24,000 bases of DNA from Saprospiraceae bacterium (GTDB taxonomy: Bacteria; Bacteroidota; Bacteroidia; Chitinophagales; Saprospiraceae). Where the stretch lies: positions 7,474 through 31,473 of the forward strand of contig JAHDHU010000024.1 in NCBI GenBank assembly GCA_020631135.1. The letters run 5' to 3'. Below the pieces are notes generated by a model. The model was not told where the DNA came from. It saw only the letters and a program-made list of their open reading frames with translations, and searched no databases. Positions 1 through 8,101 of the stretch are shown piece after piece; the stretch's first letter is position 1, and each line of letters opens with the position of its first letter. A program made the translations under genes and the position numbers.

Positions 1-288
1 GTGAGAGATCAAATGCTGGAAAAACGCCCAGATGATGTAGTCCGAATGCTAAGGGTGATACACGATAGTACAGACTCATTCATGAGAAATCCAGAAGCTA
101 TCTCGATGGTCAGTCAGCGCTACCACCAAAAAATTGAAGATGTAGAAAGGTGGTTTCATTCTACCGAATGGGCAATCCATGGATGGGTAAGTAATAAAAT
201 GATCCAAAGTGTAGTATATAATCTTAGGGTAGCGAAAATCGTAGGATCAAAAGAGGAAATTCCCAAATTGATATGGAAGCGAATTTAA
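1..288 (+). CDS. 3'-terminal fragment of a conserved protein cut by the window edge; function uncertain, possibly a periplasmic-binding-protein-fold / NMT1-SsuA-like protein
   Basis: The frame is open from base 1 to a TAA stop at 286-288. The composition looks like an ordinary globular protein. The family guess comes only from the C-terminal helix pattern (EDVERWFHSTEW...) and is weak. Confidence 0.45.
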   Translation: MRDQMLEKRPDDVVRMLRVIHDSTDSFMRNPEAISMVSQRYHQKIEDVERWFHSTEWAIHGWVSNKMIQSVVYNLRVAKIVGSKEEIPKLIWKRI

Positions 289-339
289 ATTAATTTGAAG
301 GTCAATAGTCTATTGCTAAAAATTTCTAATCAATTCGTT

Positions 340-1566
340 TTACATTTTTATCCAAGTCTTTACTGTAGCTCCTTTACGCGTAGTTAAATATATTTTGAAT
401 GTCCCTTTAGGTAGCATACTTGTGTTGAGGTTTAAAATATTTTCATTTAATGTTTTCTGTTGCAAATAAATTTTGCCAAGGGGGTCCACAATCATCAATT
501 CCAAAATTTTGTCATCATCGATCATTAGGATAAGTTCATCGTTGAACTGAGGATTTGGATAAATATTGATTTTTGAATTTTTGGAGTCTATTTCATTTGA
601 TGATAATGGCGCCAATGGTTCTCCTTTTCTTAATCCAAACAGTTGGTTCGTTAGTTGATTAAATCGAAGTTCTAATGGAGAATGTTCTTCCATGATCCAT
701 TGATCATCATCATAGAGGTGTTGGTAAATTATCTCTCCATTATTACTGTTTAAGGTATAAAAATAACTCTCATTAAATCCATCATGCCCAATGACAAAAA
801 AATGATCATTGCTATCATCATAAGCCCAATAACGGTGACCGCCGAAAATATTCTCTATCTCAGGTATTTTTTTTATTTCGCTAAGGTTTTGAGAAATCGG
901 ATCTATTTCGATCAATGACAATCCATTTGGAGTTAAGCCCAACAAGCCGATGATTTTTTGCCTTTCTTTATCAAAGGCAATTGCACTCAAATATTGACCT
1001 TCAGGTGTTATTGGCATAATATCCTTGAGCGATCCATCGGTAAAGTTTATCGAAACCAAACTCCAGGAGTTGCTGCCTGGAAATGAGCCGACAAAATAGA
1101 ACAAGCCCGCAGCCTTGTCTATTGCAGAATTATGTGTGTCAATAATAATTCCCTCCAATGCCACGTTTTCCGGATAGTTGATTATTTCACCTGTGGCATA
1201 ATTTATTTTCGAAACGGCAACCTTGTTTGATGGATTATCTTTGTTGAGCCCAATGATTTCTTGGTCGCTTACATGCTGGATCATTTGAATTTGAGGAGCT
1301 TCTAAAGAATAAAGGATTTCACCACTTATGATATCCACTACTAATATCTCATTGTTTCCTCCTTCACTGGTAAAAATGTAATGGCCTTCATCTTCATTGA
1401 TCGCAACTCCTCCGAGCATTTGAGATAAGTAATCAACATTGGGGTAAACCTTAATTGATCTTAATTGATTCGTTTCAAATTTTATCTCAACCAATTCTTC
1501 GCTAAATTGGCTCATTAAGTTGCCAGTATATAGTAAGGAGAAAAGTAAAATAAATTTTTTAATCAT
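340..1566 (-). CDS. Secreted protein of unknown function with a T9SS (Por) C-terminal sorting domain; the body looks beta-propeller-like
   Basis: N-terminal signal peptide (MIKKFILLFSLLYTGNLMSQ). The last ~80 aa (KINIYPNPQFNDELIL...GTFKIYLTTRKGATVKTWIKM) match the Bacteroidota T9SS CTD pattern. The body contains repeated beta-strand-rich segments. Confidence 0.8.
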   Translation of the reverse strand: MIKKFILLFSLLYTGNLMSQFSEELVEIKFETNQLRSIKVYPNVDYLSQMLGGVAINEDEGHYIFTSEGGNNEILVVDIISGEILYSLEAPQIQMIQHVSDQEIIGLNKDNPSNKVAVSKINYATGEIINYPENVALEGIIIDTHNSAIDKAAGLFYFVGSFPGSNSWSLVSINFTDGSLKDIMPITPEGQYLSAIAFDKERQKIIGLLGLTPNGLSLIEIDPISQNLSEIKKIPEIENIFGGHRYWAYDDSNDHFFVIGHDGFNESYFYTLNSNNGEIIYQHLYDDDQWIMEEHSPLELRFNQLTNQLFGLRKGEPLAPLSSNEIDSKNSKINIYPNPQFNDELILMIDDDKILELMIVDPLGKIYLQQKTLNENILNLNTSMLPKGTFKIYLTTRKGATVKTWIKM

Positions 1567-1617
1567 TGGCTTACCTGTTTTCTACTTGTGTAACTCGTAT
1601 AGTTTATGAGCTTCGTA

Positions 1618-2079
1618 TTACGGACGATATTTTAGTTGGAGGCCATGAAAAAATTTTCTCAAAAATTGATCTTTACATGGTCTGTATTGTCTTTGACCCG
1701 GTTTTCTAAAGAATGCATTTATCTCGTGTTTGCTTACGCGAAAATCTAATAAATCAAAAATATCGACGATATCTTCGTCACGTAGTTTTAAAGCAATTTT
1801 CATTTTTCGAAGAATACCATTGTTGTTTATTTTCTTTTCGTGAACTACTGTTTTACCATCATCTTTTTTTCCTCTTTTTTCAATAATAAAGCCATCGAGA
1901 AATCTAACTAAATCTTTGTCTAGAATTAATTTGTAATCAGGATCTTCGTCTTTTTTGAGCCATTCACTCACTTGAGCTCGAGTTACTTCTAAGTCTCCCA
2001 AAGCAAACAATTTGATCATTTTATCATCTCCATAATCGAAAATATATCTGATCTTTCGCAGTACATCACTGTTTGTCAT
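1618..2079 (-). CDS. DUF1456 family protein (E. coli YehS-like)
   Basis: The internal duplication typical of DUF1456 is visible: SDVLRKIRYIFDYGDDKMIKLF...VSEWLKK versus NGILRKMKIALKLRDEDIVDIF...INAFFRK. Length and motif order resemble YehS. It starts 9 nt after the upstream receptor gene ends. Confidence 0.8.
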   Translation of the reverse strand: MTNSDVLRKIRYIFDYGDDKMIKLFALGDLEVTRAQVSEWLKKDEDPDYKLILDKDLVRFLDGFIIEKRGKKDDGKTVVHEKKINNNGILRKMKIALKLRDEDIVDIFDLLDFRVSKHEINAFFRKPGQRQYRPCKDQFLRKFFHGLQLKYRP

Positions 2080-2088
2080 ATTGTAAAA

Positions 2089-4152
2089 TTAATCAAAGCT
2101 ATATTGAAGTTTAATTCCCACCGCATAATTAAAAGGAAGTCCAGCATAAAGATAGCGTGGCGGTGCAGCACCAAAACTTCTTGGGTTAACTGCAATCATT
2201 GAGGCGTACTTTGAATTACCAATGTTATTTAGATGACCAATAATGTCAAGATTGAGTTTATTTGAAATTTTTATATTTCTGGTAATGAGTAGATTGTGTA
2301 AAAAGTAATCTTGTGTAGAAATAAGATTAAGATCATCTGCGAACATCGCAGAAGTGTAAGAGCTGGTCCAATTTATATTAAGATTTTTATTAAAAATTTT
2401 GAAACTTAATAGGGCTTTAGATCTAGGATTACCTGGAAGAAATTTATCCGCATAGTCAATGTCTCTATTTACAAATTCAATAAACTGATGCGGACTATAT
2501 TGAAAAGATCCATTCACTAAAATTGCATGGAAGCCTAGGCATTTAATATTTATAAGTTTTCCAATCTCTAACTCAATTCCAGGATGTCTGGTTTTTCCGG
2601 CATTTATTCCAATGTATTGATCTTCGGTGAGCCTTTCGGCAACAAGAAGATTGGTAACAAGTAAATGGTATAGACTTAAGTCTAAACTCCAATCGTTGTA
2701 TTTACCTCGAATTCCAATTTCCGTATTCCAGCCAATTTCTGGTTCAATATCCACATTAATGATTCCTTCTGGATTCAAAGTTTCTGAAAGTGTAGGGATA
2801 GAGAACCCATGACTTATCAAAGTGTAAACCTTAATGTAATTCTGGGTAGAGAAGTTTTTGTCAAACTCAAGCTTCAAGTATGGACTTAAGATTGGTTTAT
2901 ACTGATATTCTCCTGATTTATTATTAGCACTGATTCCAAAGAGATCCTGATAAGTATAGTTGGTATGATTAAGATTTAAGCCAGAAAAAACATTCCAATT
3001 TTTTACTGATTTAGAACCCTCGAAAAACAAATTGATGAAGCGCCTTTTTTCTTCATTGTCTGAAAGAAGGGTACCCTTACCAATATCTAATGTTTCGAAG
3101 GTGCTCCAATCTTCTTTTTCATTAAATATCTCAATGCCCAATGCCAGTCTTGATAATCTTTTGGTAAAGCTCAATTTGGCTCTTAGACCCAAGGTATTGC
3201 TTAACTGTTGGAGTTCATTAAAAGGACGACGTTCCTCATTTTTAAAAGTTGAATAGAATGTACTGACACTCGTTTCCCAGTTCGCCAAAAATTTGTGGCT
3301 AAAGTTAAAGCCAATTTGACCTCGATGATAATCTTCCTTGCCGTTCACACTAAGCCAGTTTGATGCGGCTTTCTCTGGACTGATTTCAAAATCAGATAAG
3401 TTCAATGAACTCGGAATTTCGGCATTCACGGATGTGAAATTTAAATAACTCGAAAAACTAGATTGCTTAAACAAAACTTGACCAAAGCTCGAAATGGATT
3501 GCCTGAAAAAATTATTGTTTTCGCGATAGCCATCGCTGGTCGCTAAGTCGTGATTAAGCGTAAAAACACTTTTGGTAGATTTTAGGTGTAAGCCATTGTT
3601 ACTAGAAAAACTACCAAACGATCCAATCGATTTTTTTGAGATGAAAGAACTTTCAGGACGTTGCGCGAAACTAGTGCGATACCGCAAAGTTCCTCCTAAG
3701 CTCGTTCCGTAACTAGGAGGCGAAGGGCCTTTGATCAACTCTATTTCATCGATGATACCTAGATTAATGTCTTCGAGATTTGTTTCTCCATTTCCATCAG
3801 TTATAGGAATATCATTGATAAACGCTCTAATTCGGGTGGTGCTAAAAGGAGAGCGGCTTCCTATTCCACGAATAGTGAGACGATTGGTGTTTAAGGCACC
3901 AGCATGCATGAAAACACCAGGTAGACTATTATAAATTTCTTGAGGAGAGGAAGGGTTACTTTCTTTGAAAGAAATCTTTTGAGTTTGTACCAAATCCAAG
4001 ATCCCTTTGCCTGGTACCAAAACCCCTTTAAGAATGATTGTATCTGGTCGCTTGCCAGCTTCCGTGTTTTTACTTTTTGACTCAGTTGGGTTTTGAGTAA
4101 CGGCATAGCTTGAAAAACAAATGATGAAACTTAGTAATAGGCAGATCCTCAT
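2089..4152 (-). CDS. TonB-dependent outer-membrane receptor
   Basis: Plug-domain motifs are present (NRLTIRGIGSRSP, IDEIELIKGPSPPSYGTSLGGTLRY), followed by a long beta-barrel with an aromatic-rich C-terminus (...GIKLQYSFD). I place the start at the ATG at 4152 (MRICLLLSFIICFSSYAVTQ, a signal peptide). The track start at 4212 would overlap the upstream gene by about 50 nt. Confidence 0.85.
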   Translation of the reverse strand: MRICLLLSFIICFSSYAVTQNPTESKSKNTEAGKRPDTIILKGVLVPGKGILDLVQTQKISFKESNPSSPQEIYNSLPGVFMHAGALNTNRLTIRGIGSRSPFSTTRIRAFINDIPITDGNGETNLEDINLGIIDEIELIKGPSPPSYGTSLGGTLRYRTSFAQRPESSFISKKSIGSFGSFSSNNGLHLKSTKSVFTLNHDLATSDGYRENNNFFRQSISSFGQVLFKQSSFSSYLNFTSVNAEIPSSLNLSDFEISPEKAASNWLSVNGKEDYHRGQIGFNFSHKFLANWETSVSTFYSTFKNEERRPFNELQQLSNTLGLRAKLSFTKRLSRLALGIEIFNEKEDWSTFETLDIGKGTLLSDNEEKRRFINLFFEGSKSVKNWNVFSGLNLNHTNYTYQDLFGISANNKSGEYQYKPILSPYLKLEFDKNFSTQNYIKVYTLISHGFSIPTLSETLNPEGIINVDIEPEIGWNTEIGIRGKYNDWSLDLSLYHLLVTNLLVAERLTEDQYIGINAGKTRHPGIELEIGKLINIKCLGFHAILVNGSFQYSPHQFIEFVNRDIDYADKFLPGNPRSKALLSFKIFNKNLNINWTSSYTSAMFADDLNLISTQDYFLHNLLITRNIKISNKLNLDIIGHLNNIGNSKYASMIAVNPRSFGAAPPRYLYAGLPFNYAVGIKLQYSFD

Positions 4153-4159
4153 TTTCGAT

Positions 4160-4831
4160 TTATCTGTCAAGTATTCTTGTGACCTTCTCTTGGATTTCGG
4201 ATACTGTTGCAAATCCTTTTGCTAAAACATGAAGTTTCCCATCTTTTTCTAGAAGTAAGGTTGGAAAACTATTGACTCCAAGTTCTGCTGATCTTTCGAA
4301 ATCCTTTTTAATTAAATTTTTGGATTGTGTTTGATCAAAGCTTGATTTCAAAAATTCATAAGGGATATCGAGATTTACACAAATCTCTTCATAGGAGTTT
4401 AAAAGATGTAAGTTTTTGTTTTCAACATAAAATGCTTTCTGTACTTCTTTAAAAAAGCTAAATGCCTTTTCGGGATATTTATTTCTCACGAGCATTACTG
4501 CTCTGCATGGTGGTTCAGTATCATAGGTGATATCATCTTTATCTAAAATGCCGTAAGAAAAGGGTAAACCAGATGCTCGATTAACATCTTCCCAATGATG
4601 AATCAGAAAGTCTTTTAGTTCGGACATCGTTTGAGTGTTATAGGGTCTTAATCCTCCCATAACTATTTCAAAATCCAATTTAGATTTATAGCTGTTTTTG
4701 ATTTCTGACATATTCTCAGAAATACCGTAGCACCATGAGCACATTGGGTCTCCGACATAGATTAATTTGGCCTTTGGCTGAGTCATACAGTTTACAGATA
4801 ATAGAATTAAAAATAATGGTAAGAATTTCAT
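4160..4831 (-). CDS. DsbA-family thioredoxin-fold protein (CxxC thiol:disulfide oxidoreductase-like), exported
   Basis: Signal peptide (MKFLPLFLILLSVNCMTQ) and a CxxC active-site context (DPMCSWCYG). Size fits the DsbA/COG3531-type family. The stop lies 7 nt before the receptor start. Confidence 0.8.
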   Translation of the reverse strand: MKFLPLFLILLSVNCMTQPKAKLIYVGDPMCSWCYGISENMSEIKNSYKSKLDFEIVMGGLRPYNTQTMSELKDFLIHHWEDVNRASGLPFSYGILDKDDITYDTEPPCRAVMLVRNKYPEKAFSFFKEVQKAFYVENKNLHLLNSYEEICVNLDIPYEFLKSSFDQTQSKNLIKKDFERSAELGVNSFPTLLLEKDGKLHVLAKGFATVSEIQEKVTRILDR

Positions 4832-4846
4832 AGAGATGAATTTTAG

Positions 4847-4876
4847 AAGGCATTATTGATTTCAATAATAAGCCTT
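4847..4876. promoter_or_regulatory. 30-bp imperfect palindrome in the divergent promoter region between the DsbA-like operon and the YdeP-like gene; candidate operator
   Basis: AAGGC-ATTATTGA-tt-TCAATAAT-aa-GCCTT. This gives an 8-bp inner arm and a 5-bp outer arm separated by a 2-nt bulge. Both flanking genes point away from it, so it is not a terminator. Confidence 0.4.
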
Positions 4877-4948
4877 TATAAAATTGAATTGCAAGTTACA
4901 TTGTTATCGATGGCTATTGAAAGAATTTTGGATTTGTAAATTCACATT

Positions 4949-7255
4949 ATGAACAAGCCCATCGATCCTCGAAATCTTTATCTTGCTCCAGAAGAAACAA
5001 GCAATTTGAAAATTAAAAAGCCAGCGACGTACGCCGCCGGGCTCAAAGGTGTAAGTGTAGCATTACAACATGCTTTTGATGAAATGGGGCCGATAAAAGC
5101 AATGACTACCTTGGCTAAACTTAATCAGGATAAAGGTTTTGATTGTCCAGGATGTGCTTGGCCTGATCCAGATGATAAGAAATCTTTGTTTGCAGAGTAC
5201 TGCGAAAATGGTGCTAAAGCCATAGCTGAAGAGGCAACCAACAGGAGGGCCAATCCCGAGTTTTTTAAGAGGCATACAATTCAAGAATTAGCAAGGTGGA
5301 GTGATTTTAGATTAGGAAAATCTGGTAGATTGACACATCCGCTAATTAAAAGAAAGAATAGTGACCATTATGAGAAAATTGAATGGAGTGAGGCTTATCA
5401 AATTATAGCTCATGAACTAAATAAATTAGATCATGCAGATCAAGCAGTTTTTTACACTTCAGGAAGATCGAGTAATGAGGCAGCTTTTCTTTGGGGTTTA
5501 TTTGCGCGAGCATTTGGCACGAATAACATGCCGGATTGCTCGAATATGTGCCACGAATCAAGTGGGGTAGCATTGAAACAAACGGTTGGTATTGGAAAAG
5601 GCTCTGTCAAATTGGAAGACCTTGAGCATGCGGAAGTAGTCATAGTGGCCGGACAAAATCCAGGAACCAATCATCCCAGAATGTTGTCGGCGCTGCAAAA
5701 ATGTAAGATAAATGGTGGAAAAATCATTACAATAAACCCTCTTGAAGAGGCTGGATTAAAACGCTTTAAAAATCCACAAAGACCTATCGACTATTTTACA
5801 AGTGGGACTATGTTGACAGATCTCTTTCTGCAAGTGAAAATCAATCAAGATATTTCTTTGATCAAAGCAATTTTGAAAATTATTCTTGAAAAGCACGAAA
5901 ATGGAGAGGACGTCTTTGATGTAGAATTTATCGATCAAAAGACAGTTGGTTATCAAGCACTGATCAAGGATTTGAAGTCATATGATTTAGATGATTTAGT
6001 TGGTCAGAGTGGTGTGCAAATGTCGCTCGTTGAAGAAGCTGCAACTATTTTAGCTAAAGCAAAAAAAATAGTCTGTTGTTGGGCCATGGGGCTCACTCAG
6101 CATAAAAATGGGGTAGACACCATCAAGGAATATGTCAATTTACTTTTGCTTAAAGGAAGTATTGGGAAGTTGGGCGCTGGTACCTGTCCTGTAAGAGGGC
6201 ATAGTAATGTACAAGGAGATCGTACGGTTGGTATTATGCACCATGTTTCGCCTGCCTTAAATCAATCTATAAAAAACGAATTTGGTTTTGATCCACCAGT
6301 TCATCTAGGTAAGGATACGGTCCATTCGATTAAGGCAATGCACGAAAGAAAAGCTAAAGTATTTATAGCCCTTGGCGGTAATCTACTATCGGCAGCCTCT
6401 GATACTTTTTTTACTGGAGAAGCATTGCAAAATTGTGATTTGACAGTTTCGGTTTCTACAAAATTGAACCGAACGCATTTAGCCACCGGTATGCGTGCAC
6501 TTATACTCCCAACTTTAGGAAGATCTGAAAAGGATCTCAAGTCGGGTAAAAATAGACTCGTCTCTGTCGAAAATAGTATGGGAAAAGTCCACGATTCTCA
6601 GGGACACCTAGAACCTGCTTCTCCTCATTTGCGAAGTGAACCCGAAATAGTAGCTAACATAGCTCATTTGACTTTAAATGCTAAGTATCAAATTCCATGG
6701 CTCGAAATGGGCTCTGAATATGATTTGATTAGAACAAAAATGGAACGAGTGTTGAAGGGTTTTGAAAATTATAGTCAAAGGATGAAAAATGGAGGATTTT
6801 ACCTTCCCAATAATGCTAGGATTGCTGATTTTCAAAATATGCCAAATGCCAAGGCAGAATTTTCGATTTGTCGTCCTAGCCAGCATTCGCTGAAAGAAGA
6901 TGAATTTTTATTGATGACCATCAGGTCACATGATCAATTCAATACCACCATTTATGGAATGGATGATCGATATCGTGGCGTCTTTAATGAGAGACGTGTT
7001 TTATTTATAAATAAGATCGACATGCGTCGAATCGGACTTTCAGAAAAAGAACTGGTGAATGTGGAAAGTTTTTATGACGGTCAAAAAAGGAAGGTCCACA
7101 ATTTTATTGTAGTTCCTTACGATATTCCGGTTGGAAATTTAGCCGGTTACTTCCCGGAACTTAATCCGCTCATTCCTATCGATCAATTCGCTGATCAGAG
7201 TCAAACTCCAATATCAAAATCAATTCGTGTAAAAATTGTTCAGCAAGGTATTTAG
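4949..7255 (+). CDS. FdhF/YdeP-family molybdopterin oxidoreductase
   Basis: 768 aa. N-terminal Cys cluster (FDCPGCAWPDP...YCENG), Mo-ligand region with Cys (CSNMCHESSG), and GQNPGTNHPR. The architecture is typical of YdeP-like formate-dehydrogenase-H relatives. Confidence 0.85.
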   Translation: MNKPIDPRNLYLAPEETSNLKIKKPATYAAGLKGVSVALQHAFDEMGPIKAMTTLAKLNQDKGFDCPGCAWPDPDDKKSLFAEYCENGAKAIAEEATNRRANPEFFKRHTIQELARWSDFRLGKSGRLTHPLIKRKNSDHYEKIEWSEAYQIIAHELNKLDHADQAVFYTSGRSSNEAAFLWGLFARAFGTNNMPDCSNMCHESSGVALKQTVGIGKGSVKLEDLEHAEVVIVAGQNPGTNHPRMLSALQKCKINGGKIITINPLEEAGLKRFKNPQRPIDYFTSGTMLTDLFLQVKINQDISLIKAILKIILEKHENGEDVFDVEFIDQKTVGYQALIKDLKSYDLDDLVGQSGVQMSLVEEAATILAKAKKIVCCWAMGLTQHKNGVDTIKEYVNLLLLKGSIGKLGAGTCPVRGHSNVQGDRTVGIMHHVSPALNQSIKNEFGFDPPVHLGKDTVHSIKAMHERKAKVFIALGGNLLSAASDTFFTGEALQNCDLTVSVSTKLNRTHLATGMRALILPTLGRSEKDLKSGKNRLVSVENSMGKVHDSQGHLEPASPHLRSEPEIVANIAHLTLNAKYQIPWLEMGSEYDLIRTKMERVLKGFENYSQRMKNGGFYLPNNARIADFQNMPNAKAEFSICRPSQHSLKEDEFLLMTIRSHDQFNTTIYGMDDRYRGVFNERRVLFINKIDMRRIGLSEKELVNVESFYDGQKRKVHNFIVVPYDIPVGNLAGYFPELNPLIPIDQFADQSQTPISKSIRVKIVQQGI

Positions 7256-7485
7256 GGATTCGAAATAGAATCTCTTTGTTGTTGATCTTTTTTTCTTAAT
7301 CGTTCTTGAATAAGTATCGAAAAAGAATAAACGATCAAAGAAAGAGGCCAAATCAAATCTGCATTTTCGACCAAAGATGGAAATAATGGTGTTTCGGTAG
7401 TTTCTCCGTAGAAAAAGGCAATTATAGCCACGATAAAAACGGATAAGGCCAAATACTGTAAAACTTTGTAGAAGTTCATATTCAC
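7252..7485 (-). CDS. Small hypothetical membrane protein (two predicted TM helices)
   Basis: A 77-aa ORF with two hydrophobic segments (LALSVFIVAIIAFFY, IWPLSLIVYSFSILI) and a basic C-terminus. Its 3' end overlaps the YdeP-like stop and the terminator candidate, so whether it is a real gene is uncertain. Confidence 0.4.
   Translation of the reverse strand: MNMNFYKVLQYLALSVFIVAIIAFFYGETTETPLFPSLVENADLIWPLSLIVYSFSILIQERLRKKDQQQRDSISNP
7255..7294 (+). terminator. Rho-independent terminator candidate for the YdeP-like gene
   Basis: GGGATTC-gaaata-GAATCTC forms a 7-bp stem with one G.U pair. It overlaps the last base of the TAG stop and is followed by TTTGTTGTTGATCTTTTTTT. Confidence 0.5.
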
Positions 7486-7520
7486 CGAGAATCAGGTGGC
7501 AATATCTTTATAATTGCGGG

Positions 7521-7558
7521 TAAAACAAAAAGGGTCACCTAAAATCTTAGATGACCCC
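7521..7558 (-). terminator. Rho-independent terminator of the Lys/Cys-rich secreted protein gene
   Basis: On the minus strand: GGGGTCATCT-aagatttt-AGGTGACCCT, a 10-bp stem with two G.U pairs, running into TTTTTGTTTTA. It begins about 24 nt after the stop codon. Confidence 0.75.
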
Positions 7559-7581
7559 TTCACATTTAGTCAGTTGCAAAT

Positions 7582-7944
7582 TTAATTATTTTTTACGGCG
7601 GTCAAATTTGACTCGGCATTTTCAGCATTTGTAGAGGCCGTTTTCTTTCCTTTTTTGCATTTAGATACGTCACACTTTCCTTTTTTGACATTCTCCTCTG
7701 AAACCAACTTCGTCAATTCAGATTTTTCCATTTCTGCACTAGCTACTTTTGTTTTTTTACATGATTTAGCACATACTTTTTTGCATTCTTCTAAGGTCAT
7801 ACCCATTTTTTTTGCACACTCTTTAGATGGTACGCAGGTCTTTACTTCTTTGTCTAACGTAGGCGTAGTTGAGACATTGGTTTGAGCAAATGACATGCTT
7901 GCAAAAAAGCACATGATGAACGAAATTCCTATTATTTTTTTCAT
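7582..7944 (-). CDS. Small secreted Lys/Cys-rich protein of unknown function
   Basis: Signal peptide (MKKIIGISFIMCFFASMSFAQ). The ~100-aa mature part has 22 Lys and 7 Cys in motifs such as ECAKK...EECKKVCAKSCKK and KGKCDVSKCKKGKK. It has its own terminator, and I cannot assign it to any family. Confidence 0.7.
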   Translation of the reverse strand: MKKIIGISFIMCFFASMSFAQTNVSTTPTLDKEVKTCVPSKECAKKMGMTLEECKKVCAKSCKKTKVASAEMEKSELTKLVSEENVKKGKCDVSKCKKGKKTASTNAENAESNLTAVKNN

Positions 7945-8050
7945 GATTAAAATTTGAATTCACTCAGATCCGCTGAGTTGCCAGGGCATAATTGCCAAAA
8001 CAAAGTTCTTTCATAAGCCCAATAGTATGTGTTTAAGACCTGGTAAAGCC

Positions 8051-8069
8051 TTGTTAAAAAGTTGTTAAA
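8051..8069 (+). promoter_or_regulatory. Direct repeat TTGTTAAA-N3-TTGTTAAA (11-bp phasing); candidate OmpR/PhoB-type response-regulator binding site
   Basis: Two exact 8-mers at 8051-8058 and 8062-8069, one helical turn apart. They sit in the 157-bp divergent intergenic region, 33 nt upstream of the kinase start. Confidence 0.35.
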
Positions 8070-8101
8070 CGCAGTGCACAATCCAAGAATTATAGCGCTC
8101 T

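Noticed and set aside
2627-4106. Four 61-74-aa ORFs inside the receptor gene, three antisense (2627..2812, 3032..3256, 3731..3934) and one same-strand but out of frame (3891..4106).
   Set aside because: They lie entirely within a well-supported CDS. Their sequences are low-complexity (S/L/R/K-rich) with no motifs. This is typical of shadow ORFs.
4153-4212. The track's longer start for the TonB-dependent receptor (707 aa, beginning MQQYPKSKRRSQEY...).
   Set aside because: The extension would overlap the upstream DsbA-like gene's 3' end by about 50 nt and put 20 non-signal residues ahead of a clean signal peptide. The ATG at 4152 gives MRICLLLSFIICFSS..., 7 nt after the upstream stop.
5530-5560. 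Possible selenocysteine (in-frame TGA) at the Mo-ligand position of the FdhF/YdeP-family enzyme.
   Set aside because: The ORF is uninterrupted and the ligand position is an ordinary Cys codon (SNMCHESSG), so there is no TGA recoding.
5063-6886. Antisense ORFs inside the YdeP-like gene (5063..5284, 5452..5670, 5756..5956, 6301..6540, 6674..6886).
   Set aside because: They are embedded in a strongly supported 768-aa CDS and have no recognisable features, so they are shadow ORFs.
7253-7275. GGGATTCGAA..., superficially like the reverse complement of a tRNA T-arm.
   Set aside because: No acceptor, D or anticodon arms can be built around it. It fits better as the YdeP-like terminator hairpin.
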